Assembly: GCF_009834535.1 (NCBI RefSeq)
Contig: NC_045696.1
Location: 107,138,001-107,202,000 of the forward strand
Length of the DNA: 64,000 nucleotides
Source of the DNA: Camelus ferus
Taxonomy: Eukaryota
Direction of reading: 5' to 3'
This document shows, one piece after another, positions 48,420 through 60,952 of the stretch. A model generated the notes under the pieces. That model was given only the letters and a program-made list of their open reading frames with translations, had not been told where the DNA came from and did not search any database. A program made the translations under genes and the position numbers. Every line of letters begins with the position of its first letter. Position 1 is the first letter of the stretch.

Positions 48420-51400
48420 GAGAAATCCTAAGGGCCTGACGTGTGATTCACCTACAGGAGCCGCCAAAGGCCCCTAACAGCATCCCCATCTGCCATGACA
48501 GTCTAAGCCCCATCGGACCTGCCGGATCACGTGGCCTGAACGGCTGAGCAGACAGCCCAGCTTCTCTTGTTCTGAGCCCCACTTGAAACTGGCACCTCTT
48601 CAGGTCACTCAGTAAATGGGCTGAATAACACATCACATGAGGAATATGTTACCTCCAAAATCCAAAGAGGCCACTAAGTGTTGTGCCTCTTTTTTTGGTT
48701 GTAGGAGGGGCCCGAGCAACAGCTTGTCCTTTACCTTAGAAGGAACACCTGAATAGAATTAAAAGGCTGCGTAAGAATTCCCTCTCCTTCTCTCTCTCCG
48801 CCAGTCTTCAAGCTGGGACGTCAGTCTTCTCCTGCCCCGAGACTGGGACTCGGGCTGGAACTTACATCACCGACCCTGCTTGGTCTCCAGCTTGCCACCT
48901 GCAGCTCTTGGGACTTCTTAGTCTCCATAACCGTGTAAAACAAGACCTGAGATGGGATATCTCAACATGCCGCCCACCATGGGTGGGACCCCAAGAAATG
49001 TCACTGGGGCAGAAGGTCCCTAAACCGCAGGCAGATTTACTCCCTTCCCTCTACCACGCAAAGGTCTTACCAGGAAGTTGCTACTTCTTGCTCACCAGGT
49101 CCGATCAGCATCATGTCAGCAGTGTAACGGGCCAGTGTGATATCTTGTAGAAGGGAAAGGGGATCGAGATGCCCATGAACTAAATTATGACGTAGGGCTG
49201 TTTCACCGTGTGAGACTTTTGCCATTTAAATGATCGTATTCTTTATCATGGAACTTTAATGATTAAGTTGACCCATTTAAAATATAAATCTACTCAAGTT
49301 AATTAAAAACCAAGTTTTCAAAAATGTATTATATTTATAACAAAGGTACCGCAAATAGAATCAAAACATGCTACTCACTTAAAAACAAAAATAGAGAGAG
49401 AGAGAGAGAGGAGTTGATATACCCCTGAGTTAGAACAAGGGACGGTGGGATGCTGGCCTTGCCAACTGAAAGGACACTGCTTCTGGAGGCCTTTACTAAC
49501 AGGTAATGAGAAAAAAGCAATTGCCAGATCAATAGCTGCAAACCAGGTGCCGAGGGCTGTGTTGATTTGCTCAGGCAATAAACTCATGTCTGCAACGGCA
49601 GCTGCAATGAGAAACACCACGTGGTTAAGCTCACAATAATCCACACCCCGCGGTCATTCCCCAGGGTCCATCTGTCTTTCGCTAGGTTGCACAGGTGCGT
49701 GAATGTGGGCGGGGTAGGAATCACCCCCGTGCATCTTTCAAGTCCTTGATGGTCCACTAGTCTCTGCACTCCCTCCAGGATGTCGCATTGCCTTCGAGTT
49801 ACCAGTTTCCTAGGTAGAGACAATTTTAGGGTCTTCCACTCTGCCTTTCCCACCATAGTAGCCCTCATTCCACGCGTCAGAGAACCAGTGTGGGGATTCT
49901 GCCAGCTGCTGAGTATATCTGTTCCAATTATGCCTCCCAGAACCAGGGAAATAGCCGCAGGGTGTGTTCAGGGACCCACTGGGCCCCCTCTGACACAGCC
50001 CTCATTGATCACCTGAACTTCGTAAGGCCCTCCTCTGACCAGGAGACCACAGTGACATGTTGCATCTCCCAGAATCACCCAGTTCAGAGACAGGGTCTAG
50101 TCATCCCCAAAAGACCTGATTATTACCTTTTCCCCAGTGCAGTTACCCCAGTCAAAGGCTCTAAGCCCCTTTGGGGAAAGCTGAGAGGAAAAGTAACAGT
50201 TAAATTTGGGGTGATGTTCCAGTGTTCTTCCTAAAGGAGACCAGCCTCCCCTTCATTCAAGGCATTCTGGGTCTATAAACTGGCTCAGGTCTGGAAATTG
50301 ATCAAGAAGCCATAGTTCTCTGTTTTTAGGATTCAGGTTAGACTTCTATTCACTTGACCTAGAACTTCTCCGTTTGTACAGATCAAGTGAGAATCTAGAA
50401 GGCTTCCTATCTGTTTCACTTCTAGGAACACCGGGATCAACCAGCCAGTGCCATAGGTCTGTGTGAGTCAGACTGTCCTGACCGCTGTCCGTTACACTAA
50501 CCACATCCACCAATTGAATGCCACCACTCGGCCCCTGCCACCTTGGATCCAATGACTCCTGTCGCATTCAGATCTCAATGACTGCATCTCAATGACTGAG
50601 ATCTGACCTGCAGAGAAGGATGATCACAGCTCTTCAAGGATGTCGGGGCTCCCCTCTCAGATTCATTTCTCACAGTGGTGGTGAAAGGTCTTCTGCAGAG
50701 AAAGGCAAATACTGTATGTTTTCACTTATAGGCAAAATCTAAAAACTAAAACAAACAAATGAATATAACAAAACAGAAGCAGACTCACAGATACGGAGAA
50801 CAAACTAGTGGTTACCAGTGGGGAGAGGGGTCTGAGGGGGGCAAGATAAGTGAAGGAGATTGAACTAGTAGGTAGAAAATAAATAAACCTGAAATTAACA
50901 CAACATTGTAAACCAACTATACTTCAATTTTTAAAAGGAGGGGAAAAAGAAAAGAAATAAGATACAAGGATGGAATGTACAGCACAGGGAATATAGCCAA
51001 TATTTTATAGTAAATTTAAATAACTATAAAAATATTGAATCATGTTATATACCAGAAACTAATATAATATTGTAAACCAACTATACTTTAATTTTTTAAA
51101 TAAAATAGAAAAGAAAGTTATGTCTTCTGGGCCCTCCCAATGTAGGTAGTAGGTCTTAAATGACAAATCCACTCTAACATTCTAATTTCCCTAAGTCTTT
51201 GGATCCCTCCTACATAAAACCAAGGCAAGTCTGTCATGTCTAATTTGCTCGCTGTGAGCCAACGTTACTCCATGTTTAAGTCAACCAAACAATCAAACCT
51301 TCGGAGCACTTCCTAACTCCCCAAGCTGCACCGTAAGTGCAGAGTCTCTGCTTAGTGAGTCTGTATGAATAAGGTCAACCCAATCCATCTTTATGTTCTT

Positions 51401-52410
51401 CTCACCATTATCCCACACCCTCCATGTCCATTCCCACACGTGCTCCCTGGATTGCTGTCTGCATACGTTAGGAAACCTGAGTCATTCTTTCAGAGTGCAG
51501 CGCACCTCTTCACGGGTGACACTTTGGGCCTCACCCCCAGGGGCGGCCGGGGCTTGAGTTTAGTTATGGGTCTAGAAGCAAAGAGCTTCTAGTATGGGGC
51601 TGGGTCCTGAGAAGAATCAGCATCGTCTTGCAGAGCAACTGCCTCAGAAGAGGCATCACTGTTTCTGCAGCCGATGCAAGGCTAAGTCACTCAGTGGGGA
51701 ACTGGAACCACTGCAGTGGGAAGACTGCCTCTCCTGGGGGTGGCCTCTTCCACTGGCAAAAACTCATCAAGATCTAGGAGTCAATGTCCACAGCTTCATC
51801 AGAGCCTCCCCACACATCCTCACTGCAACTCACAGGACCCGCTTCTTGCCCAGTCATTGCCCCCCCTCTTAGCAGTAGATGCCCTGCAAAGCCGGGAGCT
51901 CACCTTGCATTGTAACTCAGTCACAGGCTGCAGTTCTGTGTATGATTTTCAGCAATCTCAGACCTCCAGCTGCAGAAGGTGAGAGATTCCCTCAGGGCAC
52001 ACCTGGGAGCTTGCAGGTCATCTATGCAGTGTTTGAGCCAGGAATTCAAATCCCTCAGCTCATCCTTTCTTTTTGCCACCTTGTCCAGTGACATTAGGAC
52101 CCACCAGCCAGCCTCACAGTTATATTCTTTTTTTTTTTCTAAAAGTGTTCAAAAGTATCATATACACAGCCACCCAAATCCTTGCTTCCTATAAGCGGCA
52201 GATCAGGAGTATCCAGCAGAGATATTTCACAGATCCCTACAGCCAAATCATTCCATAGACTATCAGTGCTCTCTTTCCTATAGGAAATAAAGTCATTATC
52301 ACCTTTAAATCAAATCAGATTAGAGAACCAATTCCAGAAACCACAGAACCAATTTGGGAAACTCATGCTTAAAATTCTGTAAGTCTAGAACCACTCTCAG
52401 TACCAAAACC
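48420..52410 (-). mobile_element. Degenerate ERVL internal region (gag/pro/pol remnants)
   Basis: ORF 49375-49644 (DYCELNHVV..IAAAVAD..LPEQINTALGTWFAAIDLAIAFFSLPV...FSWQGQ) is ERVL reverse transcriptase. The catalytic YIDD motif has decayed to YTAD (49115-49126). A tRNA-Leu-type primer-binding site (reverse complement TGGTACTGAGAGTGG) lies at ~52391-52405. Many stops and frameshifts. Confidence 0.9.
50697..51116 (+). mobile_element. LINE-1 3'UTR inserted into the ERVL, carrying a second short L1 3'-end copy
   Basis: Sequence cagagaaaggcaaatactgtatg...acaaactagtggttaccagtggg. The terminal motif attgtaaaccaactatactt occurs twice (~50906 and ~51069). Confidence 0.85.
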
Positions 52411-52501
52411 TGTAATAATCTGGAAGAGACAGATAGACAGTGAGTGAGAGAGGGCTATCTTCTATTGGTTCTATGTCCCTGGAGAATCTGTATTAGTCTG
52501 A

Positions 52502-52561
<60 letters not shown>

Positions 52562-52995
52562 TAATAATAATAATAATTTATATATAGAGATGGGGAGAGA
52601 GAGAGAGATTGAGGTTTACTATAAGAAACAGGCTCATGTGATTTGGAGGCTAAGTCCCAAGACTTGCAGCTGGCAAACTGGAGCCCCAGGAAAGCCAATG
52701 GTGTAAATTACAGTCCAAGTCTGAGTCTGAAAATGGAATAGCGATGTCCCAGCTCAAAGACAGTTGGGCAGAGAGAGAATTCTTTCTTACTCAGTCTTTT
52801 TATTCCATTCAGGCCTTCACTAGGTTGGATGAGGCCCACCCACCTTGGAGAGGGCAGTCTTCTTTACTCAGTCTACCAATTCAAATGCTAATCTCATCCA
52901 GAAACACCCTGGCAGGCACACCCAGAAGCATGATCATCGAAATATCTGGTCACCCCCTGGCCCAGCCAAGTTCACACGTAAAGTTAACCATCACA
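52411..52995 (-). mobile_element. MLT2 LTR (5' LTR of the ERVL provirus)
   Basis: The right end ccagccaagttcacacgtaaagttaaccatcaca is the reverse complement of the MLT2 start (TGTGATGGTTAA...). The left end abuts the primer-binding site. Confidence 0.88.
52504..52577. repeat. (AAT)n microsatellite
   Basis: About 24 AAT units with one interruption. Confidence 0.95.
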
Positions 52996-52999
52996 AACG

Positions 53000-53510
53000 G
53001 GAAAAACAAAATTCTTGCCTAAATGGGAGTTACAGTCTGAAAGTTTCAGCAGAAAAGCTGACAAAGAACCCACAAAATTACCCACAGGAGAAAGAATCTG
53101 CTTTAAATCTCAGCCAGGCCCAGGGAGTCCAAACCTCACTTTCCATTGTTCCAGTCAAGTAGGACCTCCCTGATCCCCCTTTCCCCACTTCCCTCCTTGA
53201 ACCCCAGTCTCAGAGAGGTCCGCAGTGGCAGCAGGTAAAAGAGGAGGAGGTAAAAAAAGAGAGAAACTGATCACACCCTTTCCCAACGTAAGGAAGCTAC
53301 CTGCTAAAGACAAAAGAAGCATTATCTCTCATGAGAGTTCAAAGGTTTCATTATTCTCTGGGAAGAGGTAATTTTAAGCATGAACAAAAACTCCTAGTTA
53401 AAGTACCTATTGAGCTTTCTATTACCCAGAATTAACCCCAAAATTCTCAACTGGCAGGGAAAATCCCCGCCACCACTAAATTTTAAGGAAGGGTAGGATA
53501 CATTCCACGA
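53000..53510 (+). mobile_element. Old LTR fragment (LTR78-like)
   Basis: Sequence gaggaggagg...gagaaactgatcacaccc...tattacccagaa resembles the recalled LTR78 consensus. Confidence 0.45.
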
Positions 53511-53601
53511 GTTTTTAGATTTTTGAATTATCTATTATTTCCATCTGTTCATTATGAATTCTTCTGTTTGTTGAGTCTGTAAAATATGCCTTATGAGGAA
53601 T

Positions 53602-53765
53602 TTCTTTTTTCTTTTTTTTAAATTGAAGTACAGTAAATTACAAAGTGTCAATTTCTGGTGTAGAGCACAATGTCCCAGCCATGCATGTACATACATATAT
53701 TCCTTTTCACATTTTTTCCATTAAAAGTTATTACAAGATATTGAACATAGTTCCCTGTGCTGTTC
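53602..53765 (-). mobile_element. Short LINE-1 3'UTR insertion
   Basis: Poly(T) followed by aattgaagtacag...gttccctgtgctgt. TSD atgaggaat at 53593-53601 and 53766-53774. Confidence 0.88.
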
Positions 53766-56499
53766 ATGAGGAATCTCATCACATCTTTTGTCATTTTTGT
53801 TTCACAGCTCACTCTGCCTGGGAGTGTTTTTCATGAACAAGTCCTTGCGAGGTAGGTTCTTTTGCAGCTGGCTTAGCCCACTCTTCCTAGTTTACACACC
53901 CAGCACCAGGTCTAAAGCTATGGACTTTCAGATGTTTGCCCTCAGCCAACAAAATTCCATGGGTGCAGCACCAGCCCAGTTCTTTCTGGAACAAAGATGC
54001 TCTTTTTCCTTCCTGCACCATCAGCAAGCAGCACCTTTTCTGAAGTGTGTTCAGCCCCCATTCACTGGATAGACAAGACAACCAGCCCCAACCCAGCTTC
54101 GTGCAGTGAGCACAGGTCCACTCTCCTGCCAGGTAAGGGGTACATTCATCTCCGTCCCTGCCTGAGCTTTGAATCCCAACCTATGTATAACCAGTCTCCT
54201 CGACCCTCAGGCTACACTTCATCAGCTTACCCTGTAGACTGATTCTTCATTATTGGTCCACAGTGATTGATTGGTGTGTGAGTGCATGTGTGCCTGAGTG
54301 TGTTTCATCAATCACTCTGGCCTCAATCACTGTGGCTGGACGAAGTTACAGAAAGGGTTTATATATGTGCCCACTCCACCATCTTGATCAGATGTCTTCC
54401 AGGTGTCTCAGACACTACGGACCTAGACAAGCAAGACGCATGCCCCAGACCCAGTCATCTCAGTCCTCACAGAGTGGACAAGCCCATTTCCAAAGTGGCA
54501 ACATTCTCCCTCAGTGACAGGAGTTTGCTTATTAGTGGCTACAGCAGACATACTTTCCTCTCCTGTCCTGTCCTACCCAGAAGAGTGGACACTTCTTCAT
54601 GAGAGGTCCAGCCCGGTTCAACATGCTCAGATAAAATCTCAGGTGCAAACACTGATATCACGTAAGGCAGACGCCTCCTCCATCAGGCTCAGAAGGCTCT
54701 GGGCTTCCAACATGCTGTTCCTGGGCTCCTGTTCCCCCTGGGGCTGCACCTTCAGCCCAGTCTGGCCTTGGTGGACCCACCCAAGCCTTGAAGCTCCAAG
54801 AACCAGTTAGGTGAGAGGAGCAAGGAGAGGGGCCTGAGCACTGCCCACTGGGGTAGGTGGGGAGTCCAGACCCCACTTCCTGTATATGTCCCACCACCAC
54901 AAATACCATATACATCACCAGAACCTGGGCTTTTTGCTTTTAGGCAACACGTTTAGAACCTCACCTCAGACCCAGGCTTATCAGTTCTTCAACCTTGGGC
55001 TTGTCTTTACCAACCCCAAATTAATTTTTCTTTCAGAGTTTAAAATTTTTTTAGAAAAGGAAGGAAAGAAGGAAGGAAGGAGATAGGGAGGGAGGGAGGA
55101 TGGAAAAGAGGAAAGAAAGTGAAAAAAGGAGGAGGGTGGAAGGAGACAAATCCTTTGATCTGACAAAGAGATTATCTCATTAAAAAACTGAGCTGCTTAC
55201 AGTTACACATATGTACATTTCAGCTTCCACTTGCTGCCACCTGCTAAATTACAACTCTTCATTTAAAATACAGTCATTCTTCCACCCCACTGGCCCTCTG
55301 TAACCTAGGGACCCAGCACGTACCCCCTCCACAGTAGGAGAGTTTGTCCTTTTGCTTTGGGAGCTTCTTGTAGGTACCTGAAAAGGCTCATCAATTTTTC
55401 CTCCAAGGTCCTTAATGGGGTTTTACATCCTCTCCTGGGCTGGCAGCCACTCCCCAAAGGAGACAGAAAGGACTGTCTTCCCTTCAAGAGCCTCCTGCTC
55501 CCATCTGTGTGTGCGCCCACCTCTGGCGACGATGGGTTTTCTGGGCTTTTTTGTTAGGTCCTTGAGGACCTCAGGGTCCCTGGAGCCAGCAAGAGAAAAC
55601 TGTAATTTGGGGTCAGCTCTTGTGTGCCTGTTCCAAATGTCACAGACCAGATGCCAAAATGGTTTAATATGACTCCCCCCGCATGAGAACATCCCCCAGA
55701 AAGCCAGCCAAACCCAGGGACAGGCTAGAAATAGGACACACAGTTGGCGCGGGAGGAACCTCTTTTTCTTAAGAGGTAGGAAAGGGCAGCACAGAGGAAA
55801 GACCGGCAGACAGGGGCGTGAGGCAGAGGCCCCGGGTCCAGCAGGGAGGGAGAGTCACGTGGGCACAAAGTGGAGCCTCTAATGATGTGCTGCGGACAGA
55901 GCACGAGTGAGAAGACGGTGGCTGCCGCACTCTAAAGCCACTGATGACGGTGGAGGCTGGCTAGGGACCAAGCCCGGGGAAGTTTTGCAGTTGTGTTCTC
56001 ATTCTAGGCCACTTGTCTTGAGTTTTCCTTTTCTCCAGCAGGGAAACCCAGAGGGCGTAGAGGCGAGTGGGAACAAAAGAAGGAAGTTCCAGCACTCAAC
56101 ACAAGGTGGCGCCAGACACCCGTGGACGTAATGAGGTCCCCGCTCCAGGTGGGCTCTAGGAGCTGCCGGAACTTCCACGAAGGAATCAGTCAGGCCAGGT
56201 TCCAAGGCAACTTGAGGACTTTGCGCCCACAGGAAGATAGCCAAAAGATAAAGTAGGACACACAGAAAAATAAGAAAAAATATCTAAGAGATGGGGAGGG
56301 TAGCACAGAGGCTAGACAGAGTCTACCAGACAGTCTATGGAAGGAACTTAAGAGAACTTCGCCGCGGAATCCCTGGCAGGACCCGAGATAGGCAGGCGCA
56401 GAAAGGCTGGAAGAGGAGGCTGTTGCAGGCGCTCAGGTGGGTGAGGGTCATGGCTGAGCCAGGGAATGGTGGTGGTGGAGAAAAATGCCTTCTCACTGA

Positions 56500-57390
56500 T
56501 GTATCTACAGTTACTGATTTATATTCACTACTGGTCTTTGATACAGTGAGTCCAAGGAGCCCAGCAGGAGTCAGTAACAAGAATCATTAGAAATACATTC
56601 TCTTCATCTTCTTTGAGAATTCCTTGTATTAGCATTTGCTCTTTTTGCGTACAGTTACGGACTCATGACTTTTCAAACTTATCATGTCAGTTGCTGTCAG
56701 CCAGTATTCTCCTTTTGATGCTCACATTGTCCCAACTTTAGCTGGGGGTGTCCCTTTAGGACTGACTCTTGCATTATTTTGGATGAGCCAATTATTTAAA
56801 GCTTTGCTTCTGGACCAACAGGGTGTAGATGTCCTGGGGTTGCCTTGCACCCTTCCATCCCAGACCACGCATGGAATTAGACATTGCTCCCAGAAACCCT
56901 GGCTCCTTTTGAGAGAAAAATAGTGTTAGAAACCAAAAGCTGGGGTACATTGCTACTGGGCCATTTCAGTAGGGAAAAAAAAAAAGCAAAAAAGGAAACA
57001 TATACTTTAATTTAATGTTTTATAAAGGCATGACTTCATATTGATAGATTCAATTCAGTTCCAAAAGTACATGGCTCCTGCTTCAAATGTTTTGTTTTGG
57101 GTCTACAATTGGACTTTCCTCTCATTAAGCCTGAAATCTAGGTTCCTATCAAAATAAACATAAATACTTACTTGCTCTATGTGAAAACTTAAGAGAAGAG
57201 CTCAAAAAAAAAAATACACTGTCAATACAAACAGTTCAAATACTGAATAAAGTTTTTGTTTTGACTGCACACTCCTAAGGAATCGTTGCCAAATCACTTT
57301 GTTCTAGAATCACGCTTGATCTCCCGCACTGTGTAAGGACTTATCTGATAGACAGTTTCCATTCATTTCCATTTAGAGGTTCCAGCCTGC
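56500..57390 (-). mobile_element. Ancient L1 (L1ME-like) fragments
   Basis: Motifs ttttgatgctcacattgtccca and ttgctcccagaaaccctggctcctttt...gtgttagaaaccaa. Confidence 0.55.
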
Positions 57391-59384
57391 CCTCACCCTC
57401 TCCCTGTTTTCTGCTTTACTTTGTCATTTTCCCATAGGACTTACAAAACCCAATATAATTCACTTAATAATAATAATTACTCTTATTATTTTTATTTCTC
57501 CATTCCCCCATCTGAAGGTAAGCCTAATGGAGCAGGAGTTTTGTTCATTGGACTCTGGCAGCATCTGAAGGCAGGTCTGAGAAAGCTGGGTTGACACTGG
57601 GGTCGGGGGGAGTCCACTCCATTGAGCAACAGCAAAGAGAGATGGTAGTCTTCCTGCCATCCTGTTGGAGTTGTTAATCACACCCCTTTTTACTCATTAA
57701 AGTGCCCCAGTTAGAGGGCTGGGTGACAAGGGTAAATCGATTCGAGGGGAAAAGAGAAGGCCTAGGGGGTCTGAATATAAGTTCTCCAGGACAGAGGGGA
57801 TGACCAGCCAAGGGGGAGGCAGCCCCTGCACCATCGGGAACTAGCTCGAGGTCTGGTGCATGGCTGGGCTTCACTAAACGATGTTGCGGACATGAGCAGA
57901 CAACAGAATAACTGAGAGAAATTCCTGTATACCTAGATAATGAGGGCAAGATGGGTGCGCAGGGGGACTAATTGTGAGAGGGGCTCAAGCAGAAGGAAGT
58001 CGGGGCATCTTTGGGTTCTGGGCTTGGACAGGTGACAGGGGGACACTGGCCCCAGGGTGCAGGGGCAGGGAAGAGAGGAAGGGGTGATGGCCAGTGTGGT
58101 AGTAGAGTCTTTATTTCTGCAAACAAAACATACATGTCCAGTTTAGGCCAAATGTGAAACTAACACAAGCTCTTCATAAAAGAGTCGGACAATGCAAAGC
58201 ACACAAAATGGTACAAAGGAGAAGACCTTCAGCAATCTATCTAGAGAGAGCCCTTCCTCTGGCTTCTTGAACCCCCACCAGGTGGAGAGAGGGCTGTGGG
58301 CCTCCAGCTTGTAGGGGGAAACACCTGGCTGAAGCAGTTAGGTTGCCCCACGTCTGGGCTGGCTGGAAGGGACCCAGGAAGTGGGGGTGGAGACAAACCG
58401 GCTCAGAGGCTGCAGAGCTGGGAGGGGTGGGGTCTAAGAAGGGAGGCGCAGGTTTGCTGGGCAATCGCTTCAGCCTTCAAGAAACTGCCCCTCCTCCTTT
58501 CCTTCTGTGACTTTGATTCTTCCTCATGAGGTCGAGGAGAGGGTCAGGAAGAGGCTGGAGCCCTGGATGAATGAGCTGGAATTGCTAAGGATACCCTGAG
58601 AAGGCTGCCTTAGGGAAAAGAGGTTCTCAAGGGATTTCTTGTAGAGTGAGGCCTCCAGGAAGCCCCAGGAGGACCCTGGCCAGGCTGTCTCCGTCAGGGT
58701 CCCCACGCAGCCAGACGCTGCCCACCTCTTCCCCTGCCCCGTCCCCTACCGGGGGTTAAACCTCCTGACCAAAAGCGACCTTCAGGTGGTCTGGACTCAA
58801 GGTTGATGATGTAACTGGAACACTAAGGACCACTTTTTTGGAAGAAACCCAAATGACGACCCAAGGTGACCCCTTTTTATTTTTCATTCTGCCCTTTAGC
58901 AACTCTACAGGAAAAAGGAACACGGCAAACATCACACTTAGTGACATCCTGCAGGCGCATCTCCTCAAGCGCATGCGTTTTAGCGCTGTCCTCGGGGTGT
59001 ACGCTGTTTACCCCGGACAGCGTTTCACGTGTCTGAGCGTCCGCAAACATCCATTTTCAGTGGGGCTGTGGCCTCCTTCCAGGTCATGAACTGTAGAGCT
59101 GGCTGAGCCACTCAGTCACCTCTCTGCAGGCATTTGGCTTGAAGTGAAGTCCACCCCATTGTACCCATCCTTCCTTTCCTCTTCAAGGTTCTGCTAGAAA
59201 AGTGGGCTCTCCAAGCCAGCAGGTGTATAGAGCCTTGGATCATTCTCATTACACATGTATCGACAGCTCTTCAGAAAAGCTGAACCGTCACAATGTACAA
59301 TGTTGTCAATTTCCAGACAGCTCTGCTAGTGGTGGGGAGATAATGTGGTTATATATACATAGGGTTTAATTGTTGTGTAGTCAA

Positions 59385-59500
59385 TCCCCTCCCATTTTAT
59401 AGATGAGGAAACTGAGGAGTAGAGAGACAGTCACTTTCCCCAGGGTCATTCCACCAGTACATGACAGATAGATCCAGTGCCAGAGGTCACATCTCCTGAC
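59385..59500 (-). mobile_element. MIR SINE
   Basis: Sequence cccattttatagatgaggaaactgagg...ccagggtca. Confidence 0.8.
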
Positions 59501-60646
59501 CCGCGCTCAGCGCTCCGGCTGCCACCCTACCCTGCCTCAGACAGTTGCTTCTGGGACAGGAGCACGGCAGGCTCTTCTCTTGTCCTTTGCTCATGGAGGA
59601 AAACAGCAACAAGGACTTTCCCCTTGAGGCTCCTGTGTCACGCAGACCACAATTTCCAGCTTCAGCTGGGCCCCATCCCCAGCCTGCTAGATGAAGACCC
59701 CGAGGAGCTCCTTGGAAGACAGTCCGGCCATTGCACAGACTTCTACCTCCTCCCTTCTGCAGCTGATTAACTTCTGGGGTGAACTGGTTATTTTCTGAAA
59801 AATAATTTTCATTCATATTCATTAGATGGATAGTCAGAGTAATAGTAGTTGTAGAGAATATCCCAAAATAGTTGAACTATTTGATTCATTAACTTTTAAG
59901 CAGCAAAAAAAGCCCAAAGACAATTCCCACGCCTCCATCAGGGGCTTCCAGCATTTACTGAGATCAGATCTCTTGGGGCCCTGCTTCCTAGGTGCTCCTC
60001 TCTCTGGGATCCTGCCCCCCAAGAGCCCAGAATGTAATTCTGGTCCGAAAAATCTAACCTTCTCCCACCAGAGAGCTCTGAGAATAGTGACCTGGCCTGA
60101 AGTACTCCCTATGCAGCATTGAAGGGTGCCCGGTCCAGGGATGGTTCTCTGTACACACAAACATCTCATTCCTATTTGTGAAAAAATGTTTTGCCGTCCT
60201 CTCCCAGCGACCCCAGCACATCATCATCACTGGTTGTAAAAATGCATGTATCACCCTTTCAGGGTGGCTCTCCCCAGTGTCACTAGCCTATTGGCCTCCA
60301 CCAAACTCATGGGGGTCTTTCTTTCACAGCTTCTCCCACAGCCCCTCCCGTCATCACTCTGAAGAGGGGCACTGGGCACAGATAAGTGGGCACAATGGTT
60401 TCCTCCATCCCAGTCCCCACCTCCTGCTTCATTGAATCAGTTGCAAACTTGATCTTATTTGTAAAGAGGCGGCTGCAGGCTCCTGCCTAGTGTCCGCGGG
60501 CAAACCACAGTAAGGGACAGTGTACAAGCAGGGCTCACTAATGGAGCCTGCCACCAAGTCACTGCTACTAGACCCTGTCAGATCCTCAGGACACTGGCTG
60601 TCTAAATCTGCAGTACTTAAACTCGATTGCTTTTTAAACTCTAGAG

Positions 60647-60952
60647 CAGCGCTATCCAGTGGAAGTATAATGTGAGCTACATAGGCAATAAAAAATTCTC
60701 CAGTAGCACATTTTAGCAGGTAAAAAGAAACAGGTGAAATTGATTTCAAGAGTATATTTTGTTTTAAAAATAAATATTATGTCAACATATAATCAGTATA
60801 AAAATATTAATAAAATATTTCACACTTTTCTTGTTCTGTCTTCAAAATCTATCATGTATTTTATAGTTACAGCACATCTTGATGTAGCCTCGTCATATTT
60901 CAAGAACTTAATAGCCACACATGGCTAGCAGCTACCGTCCTGGACGGCGTAG
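60647..60952. mobile_element. MER33-like hAT-Charlie MITE
   Basis: Sequence cagcgctatcca...tagccacacatggctagcagctaccgtcctggacggcgtag, flanked by hAT-type 8-bp target sites ctctagag (60639-60646) and ttctagaa (60953-60960). Confidence 0.85.

Noticed and set aside
49375..49644. Domesticated or functional reverse transcriptase gene
   Set aside because: The RT is fragmented by frameshifts and insertions, and its catalytic YIDD motif has mutated to YTAD.
52471..52698. Poly-tyrosine ORF
   Set aside because: It is a translation of the (AAT)n microsatellite.
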